Part shown: in pieces, positions 29,593 through 39,860 of the stretch | Position numbering within the stretch: position 1 is the first letter of the stretch | Layout: the number at the start of each line of letters is the position of its first letter | Notes under the pieces: model-generated | The model's database searches: none | What the model saw: the letters and a program-made list of their open reading frames with translations, nothing else | Told to the model about the DNA's origin: nothing | Program-made: the position numbers and the translations under genes | Source of the DNA: an uncultured delta proteobacterium | Lineage (GTDB): Bacteria; Desulfobacterota; Desulfuromonadia; Desulfuromonadales; JACZKF01 | DNA length: 64,000 nucleotides | Assembly: GCA_963816395.1 (NCBI GenBank) | Contig: CAWFKQ010000005.1 | Coordinates: forward strand, 416,001 to 480,000 | Direction: 5' to 3'

Positions 29593-31671
29593 TCATTCCG
29601 CTTTTCTGATCTCGGACAGAATCTTCGCGGTCATATGCGGGGGAACCTCTTCGAAATGTGAGAACTCCATGGTGAACAGTCCGCGGTCGGAAGTCATGGA
29701 GCGCAGCTCCGGAGCATAGCGGAGCACTTCGGCCATCGGCACCTGTACCTTGATGACCTGGCTGCCGGCTTTCGGCTCCACCCCGAGCACCTTGCCGCGG
29801 CGGGAGTTCATGTCGCCGATGACGTCGCCGATGCATTCATCGGGAACAGTGATCTCCATGTTCATGATCGGCTCAAGCAGCACCGGGCTGCACTGTTCCA
29901 TGGCCTTCTTGAAGCCCATGGAGCCGGCGATCTTAAAGGCCATCTCCGAGGAATCGACAGAATGATGGGAACCATCGAAGAGGGTCACGCGAAAATCGAC
30001 GACCGGAAAGCCACCGAGGTGACCATGCTGCATCGCGTCCTGCACCCCCTTTTCCACGGCCGGGATGAACTGCCGGGGAATGACGCCGCCGACCACCTTG
30101 TCGACAAATTCGAAGCCGCTGCCGCGCGGCAACGGTTCCATCTCCAGCCAGACATCGCCGAACTGGCCCCGCCCGCCCGACTGCTTCTTGTACTTTCCCT
30201 GCACTTTGGCCCGCCCGCGGATCGTTTCCCGGTAAGGGACCTTGGGCTCTTTCAGTTCGACCTCGACGCCGAACTTGCGCTTGAGGCGTTCGACCGTTAC
30301 CTCCAGATGCACCTGCCCCATGCCGGAAAGGATGAGTTCGCGGGTCTCTTCGTCCCTCTGGATCAGCAAGGTCGGATCCTCTTCCATGAGCCGCTGCAGG
30401 GCATTGTGAATCTTGTCCTCGTCGCTCCGGCTCTTGGCTTGCAGGGCAAAGGAGATGACCGGTTTAAGCGGCAGCGGGCTTTCATAAATGATCGGCCGGG
30501 CACCGTCGCACAGGGTATCCCCGGTTACGGTCGTCTTCAGCTTGGGCACGGCGACGATGTCGCCGGCTCCGGCCATCTCGATAGGGTGCTGCTTCTTCCC
30601 TTCCAGTTCGAAGATCTGGCCGATGCGCTCCATCGTCTCGCGGTTCGGATTGTAGACGGAGGAGTCGGAGCGGAGAGTTCCCGAATAGATCCGGAACAGG
30701 CTCAGTTTACCGGCGTACGGATCGCTGATCGTCTTGAAAACCATGGCCGAAAACGGTCCGTCCTCTTTCGGCTCGCGCAGTTCAGGTTCGCCGGTCTTCG
30801 GATTTTTACCCTGCTGGGTGCCCTTGTCGACCGGCGAGGGGAGGCAATGCACGATATGATCCAGGAGCTGCCGCACCCCCATATTCAACAGGGCGCTGCC
30901 GCACAGCACCGGGGTAAAGACACCGGTCAGTGCCCCTTCGCGCAGACCGAGGAGGATCTCCTCATTGCTGAGGGATTCGCTCTCCAGGTATTTCTCCATC
31001 AAGGCATCATCGGCATCGGCCACCGCCTCCATGAGCAGAACGCGCAGACGCTCGGCCTCCGGCAGCAGCTCGGCGGGAATTTCCTCTTCCCGGCAATTCC
31101 CGGACAGATCCTGGTCATAGATACAGGCCTTCATGGTCACCAGGTCGATCACTCCCCGGAAATTCTCCTCGGCGCCGATCGGCATATTGACGACCACCGC
31201 CCGGGTGCCGAGGCTCTTCGACATGTCGTCGACCGCCTTGAGAAAGTCGGCCCGCTCACGGTCCATCTTGTTGACAAAGGCGATCATCGGCACTTCGAAT
31301 TCCTGCGCCCACTCCCAGATCTTCTGCGTCTGCGCCTTGACCCCGGAGATGGCCGAGACGATCAGCACGCCGCCGCCGAGGATACGCAGGCAGTTGCGGG
31401 TATCGTGCAGGAAATTGGTATAGCCGGGGGTATCGACGATGTGCAGGCTGTGCCCGTTCCACTCGCAGTGGTTGAGGCTGGAATTGAGGGTGATGTGTCT
31501 TTTGGTCTCTTCCGGTTCGAAATCCATGCTGGAGGTGCCGTCATCCACCCGGCCGAGACGGTCGATCATCCCCGAGTTGAACAGGATCGCCTCGGTGAGG
31601 GAGGTTTTTCCGGCACCTCCGTGGGCGACAATTCCCAGGTTCCGCAGCTTCTCGGTATCATATTTTCCCAT
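29593..31671 (-). CDS. fusA: Elongation factor G paralog (EF-G2 type)
   Basis: AHGGAGKT, DTPG, NKMD, KKQSGGRGQFGDV, VDSSEMAF. Confidence 0.92.
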   Translation of the reverse strand: MGKYDTEKLRNLGIVAHGGAGKTSLTEAILFNSGMIDRLGRVDDGTSSMDFEPEETKRHITLNSSLNHCEWNGHSLHIVDTPGYTNFLHDTRNCLRILGGGVLIVSAISGVKAQTQKIWEWAQEFEVPMIAFVNKMDRERADFLKAVDDMSKSLGTRAVVVNMPIGAEENFRGVIDLVTMKACIYDQDLSGNCREEEIPAELLPEAERLRVLLMEAVADADDALMEKYLESESLSNEEILLGLREGALTGVFTPVLCGSALLNMGVRQLLDHIVHCLPSPVDKGTQQGKNPKTGEPELREPKEDGPFSAMVFKTISDPYAGKLSLFRIYSGTLRSDSSVYNPNRETMERIGQIFELEGKKQHPIEMAGAGDIVAVPKLKTTVTGDTLCDGARPIIYESPLPLKPVISFALQAKSRSDEDKIHNALQRLMEEDPTLLIQRDEETRELILSGMGQVHLEVTVERLKRKFGVEVELKEPKVPYRETIRGRAKVQGKYKKQSGGRGQFGDVWLEMEPLPRGSGFEFVDKVVGGVIPRQFIPAVEKGVQDAMQHGHLGGFPVVDFRVTLFDGSHHSVDSSEMAFKIAGSMGFKKAMEQCSPVLLEPIMNMEITVPDECIGDVIGDMNSRRGKVLGVEPKAGSQVIKVQVPMAEVLRYAPELRSMTSDRGLFTMEFSHFEEVPPHMTAKILSEIRKAE

Positions 31672-31777
31672 GGTCGCTCCTTTCATCCCCGCAGGGGAAA
31701 ACAGGTTTAAGGACACATACAGAAAATGACCAGTGCGGCGGCCGGCAGAAAACGGCCGCATGAGTGCGGTGGGTCAA

Positions 31778-32548
31778 TCAAACCGGCCGGTTCCGAGCGT
31801 AGATAATCCTCAGTCCTTCCAGGGTGAGGAAGGGAGCGACCTCCTCGATCGTATGGGAAGCGGGGGCGATCACCCCGGCGAGACCGCCGGTAGCGACCAC
31901 CAGCGGCTCCTCTCGGGCCTCCTGCTTCATTCTCTCGACGATGCCGTCCACCATACCCACATAGCCGTAGAAGAGACCGGCCTGAATGCTGTTGACGGTA
32001 TTTTTGGCGATGATCTGCGGCGGCTGCGAGAATTCCACCCGCGGCAACTTGCTGGCCCGCTCAAACAGGGCTTCGGCCGAAATGATCAGCCCCGGAGCGA
32101 TGGCTCCCCCCTCGTACTCCCCGCGGCCGGTGATGAAATCGAAAGTAGTAGCGGTGCCGAAATCGACGATGATCAGGCTGCGCCGGTACTTCTCGAAGGC
32201 GGCGACGGCATTGACGATGCGGTCGGCCCCAACCTCCCGCGGGTTGTCGTAGTGAATCGGCATCCCCGTACGGATCCCGGGACCGACGATGTAGGGCTTG
32301 CGCCGGAAGTACTCGGCGCACAACCCCTCGAGAGTACCGAGCATGGGAGGAACGACGCAGGAAATGATGATATCCCGGATGTCGGTGAAATGAAGGTCGG
32401 AAAGGCGGAAGAGTTCGTGGATGACCATCGCATACTCATCCACGGTACGGGATTTGTCAGTGGTGACCCGCCAGTTGCGCACCAGCGCGGTGTCGCGATA
32501 GATGCCGAGAACGGTATTGGTGTTGCCGACGTCGATGACCAGGAGCAT
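31778..32548 (-). CDS. coaX: Type III pantothenate kinase
   Basis: DVGNTN, EVGADR, DFGTATT. Confidence 0.96.
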   Translation of the reverse strand: MLLVIDVGNTNTVLGIYRDTALVRNWRVTTDKSRTVDEYAMVIHELFRLSDLHFTDIRDIIISCVVPPMLGTLEGLCAEYFRRKPYIVGPGIRTGMPIHYDNPREVGADRIVNAVAAFEKYRRSLIIVDFGTATTFDFITGRGEYEGGAIAPGLIISAEALFERASKLPRVEFSQPPQIIAKNTVNSIQAGLFYGYVGMVDGIVERMKQEAREEPLVVATGGLAGVIAPASHTIEEVAPFLTLEGLRIIYARNRPV

Positions 32549-32730
32549 GGATGGACTCGAAAGTGGGGAGTTAGCTTAAACGCAAGAATAAGTGAAAAAA
32601 CCGCTCTGTTCCGAAAAGTTCACTGAAATACCGAATGACATCAAACTGGGTCTCAGCGACTCTGTGTCAAAGCCTTATTCTCTACATAGTCTGTCCTGAA
32701 GAACTTCGGCTTAAGGCCCAAAAAAATGGG

Positions 32731-32834
32731 TAACGCAAAGACGCAAAGCTGAGAATCAAGGCGCAGAGAAAATCCGTAAGACTGTTTGCTTTACATCCTT
32801 TGCGACTTTCATTTCCCTTTGCGCCTTGGCGTTA
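32731..32834. repeat. Intergenic inverted repeat with short internal repeats
   Basis: TAACGCAAAGACGCAAAG ... CTTTGCGCCTTGGCGTTA. Confidence 0.7.
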
Positions 32835-32918
32835 AGACGCTGGTTTCATTTTCTTCGGGTGTGCCGCAGGCACATGTTGGACCTGTTGAAAATTGTGTCG
32901 AAACCGAATGCAGAAAAA

Positions 32919-33899
32919 TCAGTTCACCGGCCGGACATCCCCGGCCAGAATGCGTTCGGAGGCGCCATCCGGCAGCCGCAGCAGCAGGGCGCCGTCGGCA
33001 TCCAACCCCTCGACAATGCCGCGCAGCCGGCGGTTCTGGCAGTCGACATCCGCCTCCCGCCCGACCATATCGAAAAAACTTTCCCAGGCATGCAGCAGCG
33101 GGGGAAATCCCTTGGTCAGGAAAAGCCCGTACAGGTCGTCCAGGTGAATCAGCAGGGAGCGGGTGAAAGCCAGACGCGAAACCGGCTCTCCCGTCTCCAG
33201 AGCCACCGAAGTGGCCGGATATCGCAGGTCCGCCGGAAACTGGTCGGCGTGCATGTTGAGGTTGACCCCAATGCCGAGGACGACGAAATGCACCCTTTCC
33301 GTCTCGGCATTCAGCTCGTTGAGCAGGCCTGCCACCTTCTTGCCACCGAGCAGGATGTCGTTGGGCCATTTGACGTGCGCCTGCAGTCCGGTCGTTTCCT
33401 CGATGGCCCGGGCCACCGCCACCGCCGAAAGAAAGGTGAGCTGGGCAGCCCAGCGGGGGGGAATGGGCGGGCGCAGCAGCACCGAGGCGTAAAGGTTCAC
33501 ACCCGCCGGGGAAACCCATCGTCTGCCCAGGCGACCCTTACCGGCGCTCTGCCGGTCGGCAATGACCACCGTCCCCTCGGCCGCCCCTTCCTCGCCCAGT
33601 GCCAGTGCCCGCAGGTTGGTCGAATCGGTTTCTTCGAAATAGACAACCTCGCGTCCCAACAGGCGGCCTTCAAGTCCGGTCTTCACCTCGGCCGGGCGCA
33701 GGGAATCGGGGGTTGTGAGCAGGCGGTAGCCCTTGGAGGGAAGCGCCTCTATTGCATACCCCTGCTCCCGCAGCAGGCCGACCTGTTTCCAGACAGCGGT
33801 GCGGGATACTCCTATGAGCCGGCTCAGTTCCTCACCGGAGACGAATCCCTGGCGTTCACGGAACAGTCGGAGAATCTCTTCGGGCGCGTTTCGACCCAT
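32919..33899 (-). CDS. birA: Biotin ligase/repressor
   Basis: N-term HTH VSRTAVWK, QSAGKGRLGR.W, KWPND. Confidence 0.96.
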   Translation of the reverse strand: MGRNAPEEILRLFRERQGFVSGEELSRLIGVSRTAVWKQVGLLREQGYAIEALPSKGYRLLTTPDSLRPAEVKTGLEGRLLGREVVYFEETDSTNLRALALGEEGAAEGTVVIADRQSAGKGRLGRRWVSPAGVNLYASVLLRPPIPPRWAAQLTFLSAVAVARAIEETTGLQAHVKWPNDILLGGKKVAGLLNELNAETERVHFVVLGIGVNLNMHADQFPADLRYPATSVALETGEPVSRLAFTRSLLIHLDDLYGLFLTKGFPPLLHAWESFFDMVGREADVDCQNRRLRGIVEGLDADGALLLRLPDGASERILAGDVRPVN

Positions 33900-33908
33900 C
33901 CAAACGTC

Positions 33909-34733
33909 CTATTGAAAAAGCATGGAGATGTCCACCGCCCGGAAGGAATGGGTGAGCGCCCCGACGGAAATGAAGTCGACGCCGGTTTCGGCAATGCTGC
34001 GCACGGATTCCAGGTTGACGCCGCCGGAGGCTTCGGTAAGGGCCCGGCCCTCGACCATCTGCACCGCCCGGCGCAGCGTCTCGACGTCCATGTTATCCAG
34101 GAGAATAATATCGGCTTCCGCCGCCAGCGCCTGCTGCACCTCCGGCAGATCGCGGGTTTCCACTTCGACCTTGAGGGTGTGGGGGGCGCCGGAGCGGGCC
34201 CGCCGCACCGCCTCGGCTATGCCGCCGGCAGCGACGATGTGATTTTCCTTGATGAGAATTCCGTCGTAGAGAGCGGTACGGTGATTTCGCCCGCCCCCCG
34301 TGCGCACGGAGTACTTTTCCAGCACGCGCAGGCCCGGGGTGGTCTTGCGGGTATCGACAATGGCTGCCCCGGTTCCTTCGACGGCATGGACGAACTGAGC
34401 GGTCAGGGTGGCGATGCCGCTCATGCGCTGCAGCAGGTTGAGAGCTACCCGCTCACCCTGGAGCAAGGAGGCCGCTTCCCCTTTCAGCCAGGCCAGCACC
34501 TCCCCGCGGCGCACCGCCTGTCCGTCTTCTTTAAGTTTTTCGAAAGCGACCGCGTCATCTAGAAGATAGAAGACCCGACCGGCCGCGTCAATTCCGGAGA
34601 GAACGAAATCTTCTTTCGCTATCAACTGCGCCCGACCGGGGGTTCCCGCCGCGACCACCGCCGTCGTGGTTATATCGCCGGGGCCGATATCCTCCTCCAA
34701 GGCGGTGCGGATAATGCGATCGATGGCAAGCAT
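33909..34733 (-). CDS. nadC: Quinolinate phosphoribosyltransferase
   Basis: ERVALNLLQRMSGIAT, DTRKTTPG, LIKENH, EASGG. Confidence 0.96.
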   Translation of the reverse strand: MLAIDRIIRTALEEDIGPGDITTTAVVAAGTPGRAQLIAKEDFVLSGIDAAGRVFYLLDDAVAFEKLKEDGQAVRRGEVLAWLKGEAASLLQGERVALNLLQRMSGIATLTAQFVHAVEGTGAAIVDTRKTTPGLRVLEKYSVRTGGGRNHRTALYDGILIKENHIVAAGGIAEAVRRARSGAPHTLKVEVETRDLPEVQQALAAEADIILLDNMDVETLRRAVQMVEGRALTEASGGVNLESVRSIAETGVDFISVGALTHSFRAVDISMLFQ

Positions 34734-34933
34734 CCAGTTTCTCAACTCCCTGGTTTCACAGCCCGCAGATAGCTTCTTACCTGGTCCATTAAGTTATTGA
34801 AATGCCATTTTATACCATAGCCGCAACAGCCCCCGCAACGGAAAAGCCGGACCGGCGGAAAAACAAATCCTCTTTACTTTTTCCGGGTTTCTGTTAAAAA
34901 AGGGGTCACTTTCAGCCATCTGGAAAGGACGAT

Positions 34934-35152
34934 ATGAAACCAAAGATCGACAAACCCCTCGTCTGTCCCAACTGCTTCGGCACCGATTACCGGGAAGTCC
35001 TGGCGACCCCTACTTCCCGCAACATCGTCGAGGACGACTCCGTCCCCGCCGGCAAAGAATCGGGTCTGAGCGAGGGGAAACGCAAGGAAGTGGTCAAGCT
35101 TTTCTGCAATCACTGCGGGCATGAACTGCACCGCCAGGGGAATCGAGCCTGA
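34934..35152 (+). CDS. Small zinc-ribbon-like protein
   Basis: SD GGAAAGGA; CPNC and CNHC pairs. Confidence 0.6.
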   Translation: MKPKIDKPLVCPNCFGTDYREVLATPTSRNIVEDDSVPAGKESGLSEGKRKEVVKLFCNHCGHELHRQGNRA

Positions 35153-35187
35153 GTTCCCGGATTGCTATCGCCCCAAGGAGAATTGCC

Positions 35188-36109
35188 GTGCGTCTGTCCC
35201 GTACTTTCCTGCCTTTGTTCATTGTCTTTCTCTTTCTCGCCGGCTGCGTCAGCAAGTCTACCTACCTGCAGCAGGTGGAAGAAGCGAATCGCCTGTCCGG
35301 CACGGTCCAGGATCTGCAGGCTGAAATGAGCAGGCTGCAAAAAGAAAAGGAAGCACTGAGCGCCCGCAATGAGGATCTTGATCAGAAGTTGACCGAAGCG
35401 ATGGCGACAAGTTCCGGCTTCCAGCAGGACCTGGTGCGCGCCCGGGCCGATCTCGATCGCCTGGAAAAGGTGCTCTCCGCCCGCAGCGCCGAAACCGGTA
35501 AGGCAATGGCTGAAATGCGTCAGAACTATCGACCGGCTGGAGGCGCAGAACCGGGATCTCGAACAGCAGGTGGAGCAGGAAAGAATCGCCCGGCAGGCCC
35601 ACGTCGCACAGATGAAGAGCACCTACGACGAACTGGTGCAGAAGATGGAGACGGAAATCGCCCGCGGCGAAGTGACCATCTCCGATCTGCAGGGGAAGCT
35701 CACGGTCAATATGGTGGAACGCATCCTTTTCGATACCGGCAAAGCCGAGATCAAGCCGGCCGGTCTTGAAGTCCTGCACCGGGTCGGGGATATCCTGAAG
35801 GGGACACAGGACAAGGACATCCGCATCGAGGGGTACACCGACAATATTCCCATCAGCTCCAAGCTGCAGCAGACCTTCCCCTCGAACTGGGAACTTTCCA
35901 CCGCCCGGGCCGCCAACGTGGTGCATTTTCTTCAGGACAAGGTCAGCATTCCCGGCGAACGCCTCTCGGCCTGCGGCTTCGGCCAATTCCGACCGGTGGC
36001 CGACAACGATACCCCGGAGGGGCGGGCACAGAACCGTCGCATTCAGGTGGTACTGGTACCCGCCGAAGGGAAGATCGTGAAGCCGCTGGCAAGCGGCGGC
36101 GGAAAATAA
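35188..36109 (+). CDS. Coiled-coil + OmpA/MotB lipoprotein, frameshift near 35525
   Basis: LAGC lipobox; EGYTDN, NWELSTARA, QNRRI. Confidence 0.88.
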
Positions 36110-36128
36110 AGAAGCAGGAATCAGGACG

Positions 36129-36160
36129 GAAAGGGTGGGCGGATTCGCTCACCCTTTTTT
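36129..36160 (+). terminator. Rho-independent terminator
   Basis: AAAGGGTGGGCG-GATT-CGCTCACCCTTTTTT. Confidence 0.75.
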
Positions 36161-36192
36161 GTTGCCTGCTGCTGGCTGCGGACAGCCGATCG

Positions 36193-37469
36193 TCAACCGC
36201 TGCTCAGCTCGCGCAGCACCATTCTCCGCAGGCTGGCGAAACCGGCATAGCCGGCCCCGCCCAGCAGCCGGGACGGAATCGCCTCGCAATGGGAAACGAG
36301 AATGGTTTCCCGGAAGAATTCACCGGCGGAGCGGCCCGTAACTCCCTGGAGAAAAGGGGCGAAGGGGAGTTCTTCGCCGGCCGCGACGGCATCGGCCGAA
36401 CGCTTCCCCAAAGCATCGAACAGGTGCAGCCGGAGGTTGCCCTCCGGACCGGCCAGACCGGCTCCGTCGAAGGTGAGCACCAGCATCCCGCCCGCTTCCG
36501 GGGGTGGCACCTCGGTCCCGGCAAGCATGGCAGCCAGACAGGAGCGATGCAGGAGCCCGAGGCGGCGGCGGCGCAGATCCTGGAAGAGATGTCCGGCTCT
36601 CCCCGCCGCCGCGCGCTCCGGCAGAGCGGGCATTCCGCCTGCAGCCGGCGGCGGCGCCCGGGGGGCAGTTCCTCCGGCAGGGAATGGGGCCGGCTCCCCG
36701 CCGGTGAATCCTGGTGCTGCTGCAGGACGAAATCGGCCAGTTCGCGAAACTGCCGGTGAACAGCGGTTCCCCGGGCATGCGTGATGACCGGGTGGATACG
36801 GCTGGAGAAACCGGTGGCCAGCCCTTCCACCTTGGGACTTTTGGCTATCCAGGTGTCGATGACCTGATAGTCCCGTTCGCGGGCGGCGAAAGTGAGGAAT
36901 TCCCGCACGCCGATATCGGCGCGCAAGCGCAGCCGGGCATCGATCAGACTGGGCAGGAGCCAGACCCGGGCGGGGTCACCCTCGCCTTCCCGGATCACCC
37001 GCAGCAGGGAGGCGACGTTGACCAGGGAGGGACGATCCTTCACCGGCACCAGGACGAGATCGGCGGCGAGCAGGGCATTGCGGGTGAAATAGTCGATGAT
37101 GGGACGGGTGTCGAAAATCAGGATGCCGCGCAGGCCGGAACGGCCGAGAGCCCGGCGCAGATGCTGCGGATCGTCATCGGGAGCCTGCAACTCGCGCTCG
37201 GAGGCGAGGAACTGCACCCCGTATTCCCCCAGGCCGGTCAGTTCGCCGGCAGCAGTGCCAGCAAAGAGACCCGCCACCGAGCGCCCCCGGTGGCCACCGA
37301 TGGCGAACATGTGGTCGATGCTGAAGTGGTTGTCGAAGGAGGCGATGGTTACCGGCAGATCCTCGCGCAGGGCCTTGAGGTAGACGGCCAGGTTGGTGGC
37401 GATGGTGGTCTTGCCGACCCCCCCTTTTTCGCTCGCCACCGTGACCACGAACAGGCCCGCCTCGTCCAT
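36193..37469 (-). CDS. ParA-family ATPase with C-terminal extension, frameshift near 36600
   Basis: Deviant Walker A KGGVGKTT; CPLC in extension. Confidence 0.8.
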
Positions 37470-37481
37470 CCGATCCTCTCG

Positions 37482-37629
37482 CAGGTTATCGAAAAATAGA
37501 TTTTCTCGGCTGAGCAAAAATGCCCAGAGGCAAGGCGCCTGAAATCCTGAGGAATAAGGCGTACCTGGAAGGTACGTCGTTGACGAAGGATGAGGGCAAC
37601 GCCGCAGATGGGCGTTTTTCATCAGCCTG
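37482..37629. mobile_element. MITE-like palindromic element
   Basis: Outer IR CAGGTTATCGAAAAA / TTTTTCATCAGCCTG; inner GGCTGAGCAAAAATGCCCA / TGGGCGTTTTTCATCAGCC; GTAC-centred hairpin. Confidence 0.6.
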
Positions 37630-37630
37630 G

Positions 37631-39553
37631 CTAAGCCGCCTGCAGGCTCTCCCAGCGCTGATAAAGCCCGGCGATGGCTTCCTGCAGTTCGGCATGACGG
37701 GCGGACACCTCCCGCCAGCGATCGACATCCTGGTAAAGGGGGGGATCGGCCATCCGCTCCTTCGAGTGTGGCCAGTTCCGCTTCCAGCTTTTCGATCTGT
37801 TCCTCCACCTCCGCCAGCTCCTTCTGCCGCCGTTTTTCCTGGCGCTGTTCTTCCTTGCGCTCCGCATGTTCCCGCCGCCGCTCCTCCTTGCCGGCCGCCG
37901 CCCCGACGGTTGCCGCCTCGGCCCGCCGTTCCACCCGCAGCGTCCGAATGGCCGGCTTCCCCGGATGCCGACTTGGTCTGCAGAAAATCTTCGTAGTTGC
38001 CGAGATGGGAGGTGATGCGGCCGCCCGCCACCTCGACCACCCGGGTGGCCAGGGCGTCGACGAAATAGCGGTCGTGGGAGACGAAGACCAGGGTGCCGCC
38101 GTAGCTCTTCAGGGCATCGAGAAGAACTTCCTTGGACTGCAGATCGAGATGATTGGTCGGTTCATCGAGCAGCAGCAGGTTGGCCGGACGCAGCAGCAGG
38201 ATGGCCAGGGCCAGCCGGTTGCGTTCACCGCCGGAGAGCACCGATACTTTCTTGTGCACGTCATCGCCGGAGAAGAGGAAAGTGCCGAGGATGTCGCGCA
38301 CCCGCGGCACCATGTCGAAGGGCGCGGCGGTGGTGATCTCTTCGAGGAGGGTACGGCCGGGATCGAGCACCTTCGCCTGGTCCTGGGCGAAGTAGGCCAG
38401 GTGCAGATTATGCCCCTCGACCGCGCTGGCCGCGGCGCGGCGGTTCATTTCCCGCCAGAAGCCGCATCAGGGTCGACTTGCCGGCGCCGTTGGCACCCAC
38501 CAGGGCGACCCGCTCCCCCTGCTCGACGGTCAGGTCGACGCCGGTCAGGACGGTACGATCGCCGTATCCCTGTTCCACCCCCTGGAGTTCCAGGGACCGC
38601 CGCCCCCCCTTGGGCGGCGCGGGGAAGCGGAAAGCGATCCGCCGGCGGGCCGGCGGCACCTGGATGCGCTCGATCTTCTCCAGCTGCTTGACCCGGCTCT
38701 GCACCAGCGAGGCCTTGTTCGCCTGGTAGCGGAAGCGGCTGATGAAAGCCTCGATGCGGGCGATCTCCTCATCCTGGCGGGCCTTCGCCTCCAGCAGGGC
38801 GCCGACCCGCCGCTCCCGCTCCTCCAGGTAGCGGCTGTAACTGCCCGGGTACTCGGTCAGGGTGCCGTTCCACACCTCGACGATCCGGGTCACCACCTGG
38901 TCGAGAAAGAAGCGATCGTGGGAGACCAGCACGACGGCATGCGGGTAGGCGGCCAGATACCCTTCCAGCCAGTCGCGCGCCGGCAGGTCGAGGTGGTTGG
39001 TCGGTTCGTCGAGCAGCAGCAGGTTGGGGCGCTGCAGCAGCAGGCGGGCGAGGGCGATCCGCATCTGCCAACCGCCGCTGAAATGCTCGCACGGCTTCTC
39101 CCAGTCCTCTTCGGCGAAGCCGAGGCCGCGCAGCACCTTGGCGACTTCCGCCTCCATGCTGTAGCCGCCGCGTTGCCGGAAGAGTTCCTGCAGCGTGGCA
39201 TAGCGGTCGAGATCCTCGGCGGCATGGCGCTCGGCAATAGCCTTCTCCAGGCTCCCAAGTTCGGCCTCCATGCGCAACAATTCGCCGAGGGCGGCATGCA
39301 CCTCGGCGAACAGGGAACGGCCGCGGTGTTCCAGACCGTCCTGGGGGAGATAACCGAAGGTTATCCCCCGGGCGACCTGCACCTCCCCGGCGTCCGCCGA
39401 CACCTCCCCGGCGAGCAGACGCAGCAGGGTCGTTTTACCCGCCCCGTTCTCCCCGCAAAGACCGATCCGGTCCCCCGGCCGAAGATGCCAGTTTATGCCG
39501 GCGAATAACCGTCGCCCGGCGAAATCCTTGACGATATCTCGCAACTGAAGCAT
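37631..39553 (-). CDS. ABC-F family ATPase, frameshifted
   Basis: Two NBDs (GENGAGKT, FSGGWQMR, LLDEPTNHLD x2), C-terminal coiled coil, no TM. Confidence 0.92.
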
Positions 39554-39860
39554 GGCCCTTTTATAGCATAGGCAAGCCACCGGTTAAAACCGCGAAATGC
39601 ACTCCCATTCGCCCATTTCCTCTATTCAAAACAGTTAATATCTGCTACAGTTTCACGTTTTGAAGGGTTCTATCCCCTTCCGACTGAACCGGGCCACAGC
39701 GGCCCTATTCATAAGAGAGAATCGGCTCTGGCTCCTGGAAGAGTGGTTTGCTGGCGGTACGAACGCCCGGCAGCCGCCACCGGGCCGGTCCGGCGTGCAG
39801 GAATTACCACCTGCTTAACTCATTGCAGGTCGCTCCACCGGGGCGGCTGGAAGGATTTAC

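Noticed and set aside
32700..32834. GEMM-I cyclic dinucleotide riboswitch (GACGCAAAGC)
   Set aside because: Motif is on the strand opposite the flanking genes and is explained by a repeat-containing inverted repeat; P2 GAAA stem not found
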